The notes: generated by a model from the letters alone, not told the origin. A stretch of 64,000 nt of DNA from Gammaproteobacteria bacterium (GCA_965222155.1 CBDCTH010000012.1:2176001-2240000); one strand, 5' to 3'; counted from the first letter of the stretch, positions 41,289 through 51,355 are shown. Numbers and translations: made by a program.

Positions 41289-42569
41289 ATGAAACACTTA
41301 CTGACCATTGTTTTTCTATTACTGAGCAGTGCTGCCCTGGCAGAGAGTTATGTGATTCATGCCGGCGCATTGTTTGATAGTGTCTCCGGTAATGTTCTTA
41401 AAGAACAGAGTATTCACGTGGCTGATGGGAAAATCATCTCTGTTGCAGCCGGTTATAAGGATGTTACAGCCAGTGAACAGTTGATCGATCTGCGCGCTTC
41501 GACCGTCATACCGGGATTAATGGATATGCATGTACATCTGGATATGGAACTGAAACCGGCATCATATGCGGAAAAGTATACGCTCAACCCGGCTGATTAC
41601 GCCTTCAGGTCAACGGTATATGCCCGGCGTACATTGCAGGCTGGATTTACGACCGTGCGCAATATTGGGGACACTGACAATATCACTATCTCCCTGCGCA
41701 ACGCGATTGAACAGGGACTGGTAGAGGGCCCCCGCATATTGACCGCAGGAAAAGGCATTTCCGTGACCGGTGGTCATATGGATCCTACCAGTGGAAACAG
41801 TTATGCCCTGATGGGTGATCCCGGTCCGGCGGACGCTGTGATTAACGGACCTTTTGAGGCGCGTAAAGCGGTGCGCCAGCGTTATAAGGATGGCGCGGAT
41901 GTGATTAAGCTGGCTGCCACCGGAGGCATGCTGAGTACGACAAAAAATGGCATGGCCCCGCATTTCGCCATGGATGAGATCGAAGCGATTGTTGAGACTG
42001 CCGGGGATTACGGCATGATCGTGGCTGCGCATGCGCATGGCGCTGAGGGGATCAAGCGTGCCATACGCGCCGGTGTCAATTCCATCGAACATGGCACTGA
42101 GTTGGATGATGAAGGAATACGCCTGATGAAGCAGCACGGTACATACCTGGTGCCGACAATGATGGCGCCGGATTTTGCTGTACAGAAAGCGAAGATTGAT
42201 GGTTATTTTCCGAAAATCATACAGGCAAAAGTGAGTGTATTTGAGCAATCCGTTCCCGCCATGGTGAATAAAGCCTATGAGAGTGGTGTCAACATTGCCT
42301 TCGGCACTGACAGTGGCGTGACGCCGCATGGAGAGAATGGGAAGGAGTTTGTCTTATTGGCAGGAGCCGGCATGAAGCCGGAGCATGCCTTGCAGGCGGC
42401 AACGATCAACACAGCAAGATTGCTCAGAATTGAAAATGAAGCGGGCAGCATTGAAGCTGGAAAACAAGCAGATATTATTGCCGTAAAAGGTGATCCTCTG
42501 GCAGAAATCAGCCTGATGCGGAATGTCAGCTTTGTCATGAAGCAAGGTAATATCTATAAACAGGAATAA
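41289..42569 (+). CDS. Secreted amidohydrolase (Xaa-Pro dipeptidase-like)
   Basis: Signal peptide; PGLMDMHVH, AGFTTVR, GADVIK, AAHAHG, SIEHG, AFGTDSG. Confidence 0.9.
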   Translation: MKHLLTIVFLLLSSAALAESYVIHAGALFDSVSGNVLKEQSIHVADGKIISVAAGYKDVTASEQLIDLRASTVIPGLMDMHVHLDMELKPASYAEKYTLNPADYAFRSTVYARRTLQAGFTTVRNIGDTDNITISLRNAIEQGLVEGPRILTAGKGISVTGGHMDPTSGNSYALMGDPGPADAVINGPFEARKAVRQRYKDGADVIKLAATGGMLSTTKNGMAPHFAMDEIEAIVETAGDYGMIVAAHAHGAEGIKRAIRAGVNSIEHGTELDDEGIRLMKQHGTYLVPTMMAPDFAVQKAKIDGYFPKIIQAKVSVFEQSVPAMVNKAYESGVNIAFGTDSGVTPHGENGKEFVLLAGAGMKPEHALQAATINTARLLRIENEAGSIEAGKQADIIAVKGDPLAEISLMRNVSFVMKQGNIYKQE

Positions 42570-42683
42570 GTCAAAAAAATCCATACTCAAAGACCGTAAC
42601 CCCCTCCCAATAAACCGCGCCAATCTAAAGTAGAGATTTCTGGCAAATCTCACCACATTTCTTTAGCGGTATCGGAAACTTTT

Positions 42684-44111
42684 ATGGCTACTATTTTCAG
42701 TTTTTGCTTCTTTATTCTCTTGATGGTGACAGTCGGAGCAATTTCCTCACTGCGTAAGAAAGGGACACCCGATGACTATCTGATGGCTGGCCGTACCCAC
42801 GGCAAATTCATGATTGCCCTGAGCGGTGCTGCATCTGCAGCCAGCGGTTTTATCATGATTGGCGCTGTGGGAGCCGGGTACAACATGGGTTTGGTTGCGG
42901 TGCTGATGCCCATCAGCTGGTTTCTCGGTGATTTCATATTCTGGACATTTTGGCCGGCCCGGATCAACCTGCAAGCCCGGGATACTGAGACCAGCACTGT
43001 CCCTGAATTTATCAGCTACACCAGCACGGGAAAACGTGATACCGGTATCAGGAAATTACTGGCCATAGTCAGTATCGTATTCGTCGGGCTATATGCAGTC
43101 GGGCAGTTTCTGGCGGCGGGTAAAGCGGTACACGCCGTATTTGATATCTCCATGGCCCCCGCCATTATCTTAACCGCAATCGTAATTTTGGCCTATTCCG
43201 CCAAAGGAGGATTACACTCCTCGATTCCAACACAGTTCGTACAAGCGTTGCTCATGCTGTTAACTACCACAGGCATGTTTGTTTTTGCGCTGGTTCTTGG
43301 CGGAGGGCCGGATGAAATCATTAATCAGCTCAGGGTTATAGATCCTGATTTGCTCGCGTTTGATGGAGGGCGCGGTTATATCCTGCTGGTTATTTTTATT
43401 TTTGGTTTTGCCTGCGCAGCATTTACATTTGATATTGGCCAACCACAATTGCTGGTGCGCATCATGGCCGCAAAAAGCCCGGATGAAGCGTCCAGGTCAC
43501 GCTGGATATACCTGAGTTTTATGCAGATCACCTGGGTCTCCATGACGCTGTTCGGCATGATGATGAGGGTATTGCTGCCCGATATCGCCGACGCGGAGCA
43601 GGCGTTACCGCTATTTGCCAGGGAAAATACCCACCCGATTATTACCGGAGCCCTTATGGCCGGCATTTTTGCTGCGATAGCCTCTACGTTGGATGCTCAA
43701 CTACTCGTTCTTTCCAGCGCCATCGGCGTTGATGTTTTGCCAAAATTCTACCGGAGAATGACCGAGAAATACGGTGTTCGATATCAAGTCTTTGTCACCG
43801 GCGTCACGGCTATGGTAGTAGCGCTGTTCGCCATAAGCATCATCGGCAACGCCAGCGTATTTACGGTAATCGTTTTTTCAGCAACCGCCCTGGGCGTGTC
43901 GGTGGGCTGTGCCATGTTTATTTCCATTTCGGGCTGGCGTACGTCAGCCGCGGCGATGTCAGCCGGTGTTCTGTCGGGCGTGTTGACGGCATTGATATGG
44001 CGTTATTTCGGATTGAGCAACTATCTGCTGGAGGCTTTCCCGGCGTTTCTGACGGGGCTGGTTATACACCAGTTGGTTGTTAAGTTTATCCCTTTACGCC
44101 GGCGGAATTAA
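42684..44111 (+). CDS. Sodium:solute symporter (PutP-like)
   Basis: DYLMAGR, ALSGAASAASG, GQPQLLVRIMA, AAIASTLDAQLL. Confidence 0.88.
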   Translation: MATIFSFCFFILLMVTVGAISSLRKKGTPDDYLMAGRTHGKFMIALSGAASAASGFIMIGAVGAGYNMGLVAVLMPISWFLGDFIFWTFWPARINLQARDTETSTVPEFISYTSTGKRDTGIRKLLAIVSIVFVGLYAVGQFLAAGKAVHAVFDISMAPAIILTAIVILAYSAKGGLHSSIPTQFVQALLMLLTTTGMFVFALVLGGGPDEIINQLRVIDPDLLAFDGGRGYILLVIFIFGFACAAFTFDIGQPQLLVRIMAAKSPDEASRSRWIYLSFMQITWVSMTLFGMMMRVLLPDIADAEQALPLFARENTHPIITGALMAGIFAAIASTLDAQLLVLSSAIGVDVLPKFYRRMTEKYGVRYQVFVTGVTAMVVALFAISIIGNASVFTVIVFSATALGVSVGCAMFISISGWRTSAAAMSAGVLSGVLTALIWRYFGLSNYLLEAFPAFLTGLVIHQLVVKFIPLRRRN

Positions 44112-44135
44112 TATCTGTCCCCGGCGCGTCGACCC

Positions 44136-45233
44136 CTACATTCTCATGTACTCCGTCAATGCCGCAATGACCGCGTTGTTTTCAGCATTATTGCCTACGG
44201 TTATGCGCAGGACGGTATCGGTGCGGTTGGCCGGTCTCGGCATGATATTTTTTGACTGCAGGTGTCGGGCCGCGCCGGCGGCATGTTTATTTTCGTAGCC
44301 GGCAAAACTGATGAGGTAGAAGTTGGCGAGACTGGGGATAACCCGTAGTCCCAAAGCTGTCAACGCAGCGCTGAGCTGTTTGAGTGAGCTTGCGTTTTTT
44401 TCACGAATGGAGCGAGTATATTCGACGTCACGGACTGCAGCTGTCGCTGCTGCGAGTGCGGCGGAGTTGGTATTGAACGGTGAGCGGATACGCTGCAAGG
44501 TATCGATGATGTGCGCCGGACAACAGGCCCAACCGATTCTCAGGCCGGCAAGTCCGTAAATTTTTGAGAACGTTCTCGTCATCACGACGTTTTCAGATTC
44601 GGCAACCAGGTCAAGACAGGCAACGGCATCATCAGTAGAGACGTATTCCGCATAGGCGCCGTCGATAATCAACAACACCTCTTCGGGCAGATTAGCATGA
44701 AGGCGCTTGACCTCACTGGCGGTTATGCAGGTGCCGGTGGGAGTATTGGGGTTGGCGATAATCACCACCCTGGTTTTATCGGAGACCCGATCCAAAATCG
44801 AATTTACGCTGATCCTGTAATTATCTTCCGGCGCCAGGACGATTTTTGCTCCCTGTGTCCTGCCGTAAACCGGACACATGACGAAATGATTTTCTGTCAA
44901 CAGCAGTTCTTCCGCTTCCCTCAGGTAGGAACGTATGAGCAATCCGAGCAGTTCCTCTGATCCATTTCCGCAAATAATCCCATCAATGTCCAGGTTATGG
45001 ACTTCCGCCAAGGCCAGTCGTAATTCGTACTGGGCGCGGTCAGGATAGCGAAACAAAGCACTTTCAACGGTGTGGTAGGCTGCAATTGCTTTCGGACTTG
45101 GTCCGTAACAGGATTCGTTATGAGATAGCCGGATCGGTTCAATTGACTTGCCCGGCGGAATTTTGCCTGGTTTATGAACAGGCATCGAGTCTATCTCTGA
45201 CCTTGGAAACGGTCGTTTGTGCTCAGTCGTCAT
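44136..45233 (-). CDS. HisC-like PLP-dependent aminotransferase
   Basis: LSHNE, GNGSEE, ANPNTPTG, DGAYAEY, RTFSKIYGLAGLRIG. Located outside any his operon. Confidence 0.85.
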   Translation of the reverse strand: MTTEHKRPFPRSEIDSMPVHKPGKIPPGKSIEPIRLSHNESCYGPSPKAIAAYHTVESALFRYPDRAQYELRLALAEVHNLDIDGIICGNGSEELLGLLIRSYLREAEELLLTENHFVMCPVYGRTQGAKIVLAPEDNYRISVNSILDRVSDKTRVVIIANPNTPTGTCITASEVKRLHANLPEEVLLIIDGAYAEYVSTDDAVACLDLVAESENVVMTRTFSKIYGLAGLRIGWACCPAHIIDTLQRIRSPFNTNSAALAAATAAVRDVEYTRSIREKNASSLKQLSAALTALGLRVIPSLANFYLISFAGYENKHAAGAARHLQSKNIMPRPANRTDTVLRITVGNNAENNAVIAALTEYMRM

Positions 45234-46309
45234 TGTGATTTATAGAGGGACGACTTCCTTTCCAGCCAGGCGCTGTATCTTGACAGGCTGAAACAAAACA
45301 GCCAGAAAAACAGGGCCACAAACACGTACCCCGTGGCACTGACACCCGGGCTTAACCAGGTCGGGTCTGATGCCGCATTCTGCACCATGCCCAGGAGATC
45401 GAACAGCCCGATGATTAACAGTACGGTGGTTTCCTTGAACAAGCCGATGAAGTTGCTCGTTATCTGCGGCAGCGCGACGGGGATGGCCTGGGGCAGGATT
45501 ATCAGGAATGTACGCTGCCAATAGCCCAGCCCCAGCGCCTCGGCAGCTTCGTATTGCCCTTTCGGAATGGACTGCAGGGCGCCGCGTATAGCCTCAGCCA
45601 TATAACAGGACATCAATATGGTCAGCGCGCCCAGTGCGCGTAACAGTTTATCTATTTTCAATTCTTCCGGCATGAACAGGGGGAACATGATGATCGCGAT
45701 GAACAGCACCACCAGCGCCGGTACGCTGCGCCATAGCTCAATCCAGGTGGTGCAGGAAACCCGCACCAGGGGGATGGAGGAGCGTCTCCCCAGAGCAAGC
45801 AGGACGGCTATCGGCAGTGAAGTTGACAAAACGAACAGGGCTGTGACCACAGTGAGAAAAAAGCCGCCCCATCTGCCGGTCTCAACGTGAGTCAAGCCGA
45901 AATTTCCCCCCAGGAACAGTCCCGTCCCTATCAGGGGATAGGCGACAATCAAAACCGGGATCAACCAGCGTTTACCGGGAAACCGGGGAACAAACAACGG
46001 CAAGCCTGACAGGATGATCAGGATCAAGCCCAGGTTGATGCGCCAGCGTTCCGCCTGCGGATACAGGCCGTACATGAACTGATCAAACCGCGCCCATATA
46101 AACGGCCAGCAGGCTGCGGTTTTGTCGGGGCAATCTGCGGGGGTCGTCCCGGACCAGTAGGCTTCGATGATCAGCCAGTTCACCAGGGGGATGCCGGTCA
46201 TGATGATCAGGCACACACAGGCCAGGGTCAGCAGAATATTCAGGGGCGATGAAAACAGGTTGGACCTGGCCCAATCCAGACAAACCCGGAATTTTGCGAC
46301 TACGGCCAT
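45230..46309 (-). CDS. aapM: Amino acid ABC permease AapM-like
   Basis: NLFSS..N, ACWPFI, YPQAERWR, WGG, ALGRRS, GQYEAAEALGL, FKETT. Confidence 0.82.
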   Translation of the reverse strand: MAVVAKFRVCLDWARSNLFSSPLNILLTLACVCLIIMTGIPLVNWLIIEAYWSGTTPADCPDKTAACWPFIWARFDQFMYGLYPQAERWRINLGLILIILSGLPLFVPRFPGKRWLIPVLIVAYPLIGTGLFLGGNFGLTHVETGRWGGFFLTVVTALFVLSTSLPIAVLLALGRRSSIPLVRVSCTTWIELWRSVPALVVLFIAIIMFPLFMPEELKIDKLLRALGALTILMSCYMAEAIRGALQSIPKGQYEAAEALGLGYWQRTFLIILPQAIPVALPQITSNFIGLFKETTVLLIIGLFDLLGMVQNAASDPTWLSPGVSATGYVFVALFFWLFCFSLSRYSAWLERKSSLYKSQ

Positions 46310-46311
46310 GG

Positions 46312-47457
46312 TCAGGCAACCGTCAGGGCGATCTTCCTGTTGTACCAGTTCAGGAAGAGGGAAAGACACAGGGAGACGAATACATAAACCGCCATGGTAA
46401 TCGCCATGATAAATACCGGTTGCCCCACCAGGTTGTTGACCGTTCCCACAAATACCGACACGACCTCTGGATAGGCTATGGCCGCGGCAAGTGACGTGCT
46501 TTTGAACAGGTTCAGGTAAACAGTCGTGAGCGGCGGGATGATGACGCGCAATGCCTGGGGGAACAGAATCAGGCGGTTGGTGAGATGGCGCGGCAGACCC
46601 AGTGAAGCGGCAGCCTCACTCTGGCCCCGGGGTATGGATGTGAGGCCCGAACGGACGATTTCACCGATATAGGTCGCATTATACATCGATAAACCCACCA
46701 CCAGGGACAGGAACTCAGGCATCATGACAATCCCGCCACGGTAACCGAAGCGGGTTTCCTGCGGAACCTGCCAGTGGCCGCCGGCAACTAAAATAACGGC
46801 CCCGGCCAGGCCTGCCAGGATCAAAAGATTCCACGAAGTCAACGGATTTGACCTGCCGGTTTCAGGCAGCGCCGGGCCACGTACAAGCTCTCTTTGCCGC
46901 TCTTTTTTGCGTAACGAATAAATCATGGCCCAGGCGAAAAACAGTGCACCCATTATCCACGCCCAGCCTTGCCCGAAACTGACCGCCGGCACAAACAACC
47001 CGCGGTTATTGAGAAAGATGCAATTGAAAAGTTCAATACTCTCGTTGCTGCGCGGCAAGGTGCGCAGTACGACAAAATACCAGAAGAATATTTGTAACAG
47101 GGAGGGAATGTTGCGGAATATTTCAATATAAGCGGTTGCAAGGTGGGATACCAGCCAGTTGTCGGACAGGCGGGCTATGCCTATAACCACTCCCAGGATA
47201 CTGGCGCAGATAATCGAGACCGCGGCCAGCAACAAGGTGTTCAGCAAGGCGACAACAAACGCATGGGCAATAGTGGAATTGGCATTATATGGGATGAGCT
47301 TCTGGCTTATCTCGAACCCTGCTCTCTTCCATAGGAAATCGATACCGGAATCAACCCCAAGGCGCGCAAGATTATCCTGCGTGGTCGCCGCGATCAGGTA
47401 CACCACTGCCCCGATAATGAATAACAGCGCTACCTGATAAACAATTTCCCGGTTCAC
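46312..47457 (-). CDS. aapQ: Amino acid ABC permease AapQ-like
   Basis: AGFEISQ.LIPY, LLNTLL, ARLSDNWL, EIFRNIP.LLQIFFWY, NNRGL, PQALRVIIPPLT. Confidence 0.85.
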   Translation of the reverse strand: MNREIVYQVALLFIIGAVVYLIAATTQDNLARLGVDSGIDFLWKRAGFEISQKLIPYNANSTIAHAFVVALLNTLLLAAVSIICASILGVVIGIARLSDNWLVSHLATAYIEIFRNIPSLLQIFFWYFVVLRTLPRSNESIELFNCIFLNNRGLFVPAVSFGQGWAWIMGALFFAWAMIYSLRKKERQRELVRGPALPETGRSNPLTSWNLLILAGLAGAVILVAGGHWQVPQETRFGYRGGIVMMPEFLSLVVGLSMYNATYIGEIVRSGLTSIPRGQSEAAASLGLPRHLTNRLILFPQALRVIIPPLTTVYLNLFKSTSLAAAIAYPEVVSVFVGTVNNLVGQPVFIMAITMAVYVFVSLCLSLFLNWYNRKIALTVA

Positions 47458-47490
47458 CTTAGCGACCCTCGTCCTGCTTTATAATGTCTG

Positions 47491-48519
47491 TCACCTGAAC
47501 GGTAACGCCGAATGCAAGCCCCCATCTTTCCAGCTTGCATTCAGCCCCCTTTTCAGACCCAGCGGAGCAAAGTTCCTTTCCCATAAATCATCATAATTCC
47601 CCACAAGTTTGATAATGTGGTATGCCCAATCGTTGGAGAGCCCGAGTTTCTCGCCAAACCCGCCATGCAACCCCAGCAAGCGCTGGATTTCCGCATTCCG
47701 GGAACTTTCCCGGACGGTATCGACATTTTCCTGGCTGATACCCAACTCTTCGGCGGCAAAGCGGACGTTGAACGACCACAATGCAATATCGCGCCAGCGC
47801 GGGTCATCCTGCCGCACCAGGGCGCCGAAGGGCTCTTTCGAGATGACTTCATCCAGGATCAGGTGCTCGTCACGATCCGGCCACTGAGCGATGCGGCCTG
47901 CCGTGGACAGGCGTTCATTGGTGAACGCGTCACACCGATCGACATAGTAGGCCTGTAATCCCTTATCTATGTCCGCAAAGGTGACCGGGGTATAAGTCAT
48001 CCTGTTATCAGCAAAGTAATCGGCTATGTTCTGCTCCAGGGTGGTGCCTTGGGCAATACAGATAGTCGCGCCGTCCAGGTCTCTAACCGATTTCACCCCG
48101 GCCTTCTTGCGTACCACAAATCCCTGCCCGGCATACAGGTAGACCCCGGCGTAATCCAGGCCCAGGGATACGTCCCGGACAAAGGACCAGGTGGCGCCGC
48201 CAGGGAATATATCTATCCCGCCGGACTGCAACAGGGTGAACACGGTGTGAGGCGTTACCGGGATATATTCAATTCTGAACTCGCCGAATATGGCGGCTGA
48301 TATTGTCTTGCAATGATCGATGTCAAAGCCGATTCTCTGCCCGGCATCATTAACGCTGCTGAAACCGGGACTGCTTTCAACAATACCGCAACGTAATTTA
48401 CCGCGCTCCCTGACCTGTTCCAGCGTACCGGCAGTAACCGCAGTCAGAGCGGAATAAAACACTAATATCAGTCCTGCGGGGCAGAATAATTTATATATTG
48501 TCTTGACCGGGAAACGCAT
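47491..48519 (-). CDS. aapJ: Amino acid ABC substrate-binding protein AapJ-like
   Basis: TLEQVRERGKLRCG, LDGATICI..GTTLE, ISKEP.G..VRQDD, VGNY, RGLNASWKDGGL. ATG 48519 chosen because the longer start overlaps the divergent marR. Confidence 0.87.
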   Translation of the reverse strand: MRFPVKTIYKLFCPAGLILVFYSALTAVTAGTLEQVRERGKLRCGIVESSPGFSSVNDAGQRIGFDIDHCKTISAAIFGEFRIEYIPVTPHTVFTLLQSGGIDIFPGGATWSFVRDVSLGLDYAGVYLYAGQGFVVRKKAGVKSVRDLDGATICIAQGTTLEQNIADYFADNRMTYTPVTFADIDKGLQAYYVDRCDAFTNERLSTAGRIAQWPDRDEHLILDEVISKEPFGALVRQDDPRWRDIALWSFNVRFAAEELGISQENVDTVRESSRNAEIQRLLGLHGGFGEKLGLSNDWAYHIIKLVGNYDDLWERNFAPLGLKRGLNASWKDGGLHSALPFR

Positions 48520-48565
48520 CAGGTTGAGAATATAAGGCAATAGTCTAAACTGTTTTTGAACTGTC

Positions 48566-49066
48566 ATGGCTAACCATTTACACATAGTAGACCAAAGACT
48601 GGAACACATCCCTCATGAAAAAGAGGGGTTAAGGTTATGGTTGAGGATCGTATCGTGTACGCAAATGGTTGAACAGGAGATTCGTACCATGTTGCGGGAA
48701 AAATTCGATATGACACTGCCTCGCTTTGAATTATTGTCGGCCCTGGACCGGGTTGCGGACGGCCTGACCATGGGTGAGCTGTCACGCTGGCTGATGGTAT
48801 CCAAAGGCAATGTTACCGGGATTGCCGAAAGGTTATCGGAAGATGGCTTTATCCGGCGCGAACCTACCCCGACAGACCGCCGTACCTTTGTGGTTACCCT
48901 CACCGAGAAGGGGAGAAAAGCATATAAGGAAATGGAGCTTGAATATGAACAGCTGATGGACAAGTTGTTTGATGACCTGACCCCCGATGACAGCGACATG
49001 TTCACAGGGATGCTGGCAAAAATCAAGGAATCCGTCGACGAGTTGGGGAGGCAGGACCCGGAGTAA
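48566..49066 (+). CDS. MarR family transcriptional regulator
   Basis: LRLWLR, TLPRFELL, MGELSRWLMVSKGNVTG, DRR..V.LT.KG. Confidence 0.92.
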   Translation: MANHLHIVDQRLEHIPHEKEGLRLWLRIVSCTQMVEQEIRTMLREKFDMTLPRFELLSALDRVADGLTMGELSRWLMVSKGNVTGIAERLSEDGFIRREPTPTDRRTFVVTLTEKGRKAYKEMELEYEQLMDKLFDDLTPDDSDMFTGMLAKIKESVDELGRQDPE

Positions 49067-49072
49067 CAGGAA

Positions 49073-49092
49073 ACAGATTTAAATCTGTCCCC
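49073..49092. repeat. Degenerate GGGGACAGATTTAAATCTGTCCCC palindrome between convergent genes
   Basis: Perfect core ACAGATTTAAATCTGT followed by CCCC. Confidence 0.75.
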
Positions 49093-49394
49093 TATCGGTT
49101 CCGCGTTGCCTCGCGGGCGGCATAGGCCTGCGCCTGTTCCCCGGTCGCCTCTTGCTGGTGCTTAGCTTTCCATTCCCCATAAGGCATCCCATAGATAATC
49201 TCACGGGCCTGCTCATAGTCCAGTTCCTCACCCCGTTCCTGTGCGGCTGCCCGGTACCATTTTGACAGACAATTCCGGCAAAAACCGGCCAGGTTCATCA
49301 GGTCTATGTTTTGCACTTCGGTATGTTCTCTCAGGTAGCCGACCAGATGGCGAAACGCGGCAGCCTCGATTGCCTGTTTAGTGTCGTCATTCAT
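49092..49394 (-). CDS. DUF1244 family protein
   Basis: IEAAAFRHL...VQNIDLMNLAGFCRNCLSKWY...ARE.IYGMPY.EWK. Confidence 0.9.
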   Translation of the reverse strand: MNDDTKQAIEAAAFRHLVGYLREHTEVQNIDLMNLAGFCRNCLSKWYRAAAQERGEELDYEQAREIIYGMPYGEWKAKHQQEATGEQAQAYAAREATRNR

Positions 49395-49411
49395 ATCTGT
49401 CTCCGGTTATT

Positions 49412-49831
49412 TTAGCCCGGATTTCTCACCAGGCCGCTCGTTGCTATTAGATACATATTTGCTTTAATTGAGTTATGCTAATTAGTTCAGCATTTTGTCA
49501 TAACAGATTGCGCTTGATGCGCCCTTGCTGGTCTTTTTTGCGCCAGTGGGCACGTGTTCATTGCGCCCATCCCCCTGCTCAACTCCATACAGGGGCAGGC
49601 TCTGGGCGCAACCCTGCGGGCGGCTGTCGCCGTGCAAATCGTCAGTCCTGACGATTTGTCCCTCAACCAGACAAATCTGCCTGGAGCAGATTTGGACATC
49701 CGAAGGATGCCCGCAGGGTGCGCGCCATGGAGGGCGCACATCAACTACGGCTATGCTTTCGGTCGCAAGCACCCGCTGGCGCAAAAAATCCGGCGCAATC
49801 ATCGCATCACCTGGTGAGAAATCCGGTCTAA
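49412..49831. mobile_element. 420-bp MITE-like composite with 22-bp TIRs and nested palindromic elements
   Basis: TTAGCCCGGATTTCTCACCAGG (49412) / CCTGGTGAGAAATCCGGTCTAA (49810), 1 mismatch. Inner IR TTTTTTGCGCCAG/CTGGCGCAAAAAA. Contains element A (49557-49660) with B inside it (49572-49600) and an inverted A-like copy (49670-49741). Confidence 0.8.
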
Positions 49832-51226
49832 GTTGTGTTTTTTTATCCGATAACGTAGCGCCATCCGGGTGATGCCCAGTTCCCGCGCCGCTTTTGATAC
49901 ATTGCCGCCACACTTTTCCAGGGCGTTCTTAATCAGCATCAGTTCTGCGTTATCCAGTGTCAAATCAGCTTCGATCGGGGTTTCAGCCGGCCCATGAGCA
50001 GTCAGCGACAGGCTGTCGGGAGATAATTCTCCTTCGCCACACAATAATACCGCCCTTTCTATCATGTGCTTCAACTCGCGCACATTACCCGGCCAGTGGT
50101 ATGACCTGAGCGCCTGGATTGCCTGCCCGGACAGGGTAACGGAACTTATTCCGTAGCGTTTGGCGCTCTGGCGTATGAAATGCCCGGCCAGCAAAATTAT
50201 ATCATCACCCCGTTCACGCAACGGGGCAATCGATATTGACAGCACATTCAGCCGGTAATATAAATCCGAACGGAATTCACCCTGTTCGACCAATTGGGCT
50301 ACATCCCGGTTGGTGGCTGCAATGATCCAGGCTGCAACAGGACGCTCCTTTGTTGTGCCCACTTTCCTCAAGGTCCTGCGCTCCAGCACAGCCAGTAATT
50401 TTGCCTGTAAATCCATAGGCAACTCACCGATTTCATCCATGAACAGCACGCCGTCTTCCGCCGCCTCGATCAAGCCCGTCCTGGCAACGTGGGCGCTGGT
50501 GAACGCGCCTTTTTCATGGCCGAACAATTCGGCCTCGATCAAATCTTTGGGCAGGCTGGCGCAATCTACGTGTACGAAGGGCCGTTCCCGGCGGGCACTG
50601 TGCGCATGCAGCAGCCGGGCTACCACGTCTTTGCCGGTGCCGGTTTCCCCTAGTATCAGTATGGTGGGGGGGACACTGACGCCAGTCAGTTGTTTCAGAC
50701 GATTAATCTGTTGCCGGATAGCGCCGATAGCAGGACTGTTGCCGAGAAACTCCACGCCTTCGTGGGCATGTTGTTCGCGCTTGCTGGAATAGGTCAGCTT
50801 TTGTGACAAGGCATCCTTTTCCAGAACTTTTTCAACATTGATCATTAACTCATCAAGGTCGATAGGCTTTTTCAGATAGTCCGACGCGCCTGATTTCATT
50901 GCCGAAACCGCATCTTCAATCTCACCGTAGGCGGACATTACCAGCACGGGGAATGTATTAGCGTTGTCATTTTGCAAGGCGCCCAGAAAATCCAGGCCCG
51001 AACCATCGGGTAAGCGCATGTCCAGCAACAACAGATCAGGCGTTTTATCACTGATTTTTGTCGCGCCTTGTGCAAGAGTCCCGGCAATCTCGGCGTTATA
51101 CCCCCCGCGTCTCAACCTTTTGCGAACGGCGCCGGCAAACACCGCCTCATCTTCGATGATCAGTATGTGCTTCTCCAGGAGAGGCACCTCAGTTTCTGTA
51201 ACCAGTGGACTGCTATGCATGATCAT
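49799..51226 (-). CDS. Sigma54-dependent response regulator (NtrC family)
   Basis: REC (IIEDE, LLDMRLPD), GETGTGKD, ELFGHEKGAFTSA, MDEIGE, WPGNVREL, Fis HTH. Confidence 0.93.
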   Translation of the reverse strand: MIMHSSPLVTETEVPLLEKHILIIEDEAVFAGAVRKRLRRGGYNAEIAGTLAQGATKISDKTPDLLLLDMRLPDGSGLDFLGALQNDNANTFPVLVMSAYGEIEDAVSAMKSGASDYLKKPIDLDELMINVEKVLEKDALSQKLTYSSKREQHAHEGVEFLGNSPAIGAIRQQINRLKQLTGVSVPPTILILGETGTGKDVVARLLHAHSARRERPFVHVDCASLPKDLIEAELFGHEKGAFTSAHVARTGLIEAAEDGVLFMDEIGELPMDLQAKLLAVLERRTLRKVGTTKERPVAAWIIAATNRDVAQLVEQGEFRSDLYYRLNVLSISIAPLRERGDDIILLAGHFIRQSAKRYGISSVTLSGQAIQALRSYHWPGNVRELKHMIERAVLLCGEGELSPDSLSLTAHGPAETPIEADLTLDNAELMLIKNALEKCGGNVSKAARELGITRMALRYRIKKHNLDRISHQVMR

Positions 51227-51270
51227 GTCAGTAATTATACGCCGGCGACAATTAATGAGGAGGCTGTAAC

Positions 51271-51355
51271 GATATTTGGGGTCAGAGTAAAAATGCGGTC
51301 ACCGATAGACGCTACTGGTTTATTCTTGAGCATTTTTACTCTGACCCCAAATATC
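51271..51355. repeat. Perfect 26-bp inverted repeat (GGGGTCAGAGT-type REPIN-like)
   Basis: GATATTTGGGGTCAGAGTAAAAATGC (51271-51296) / GCATTTTTACTCTGACCCCAAATATC (51330-51355), 33-bp spacer. Confidence 0.85.

Noticed and set aside
49482-49913. ORFs in the 49.5-49.9 kb gap, or a tRNA-like cloverleaf
   Set aside because: The ORFs are translations of palindromic repeats. The hairpins lack an acceptor stem, T-loop consensus and CCA.
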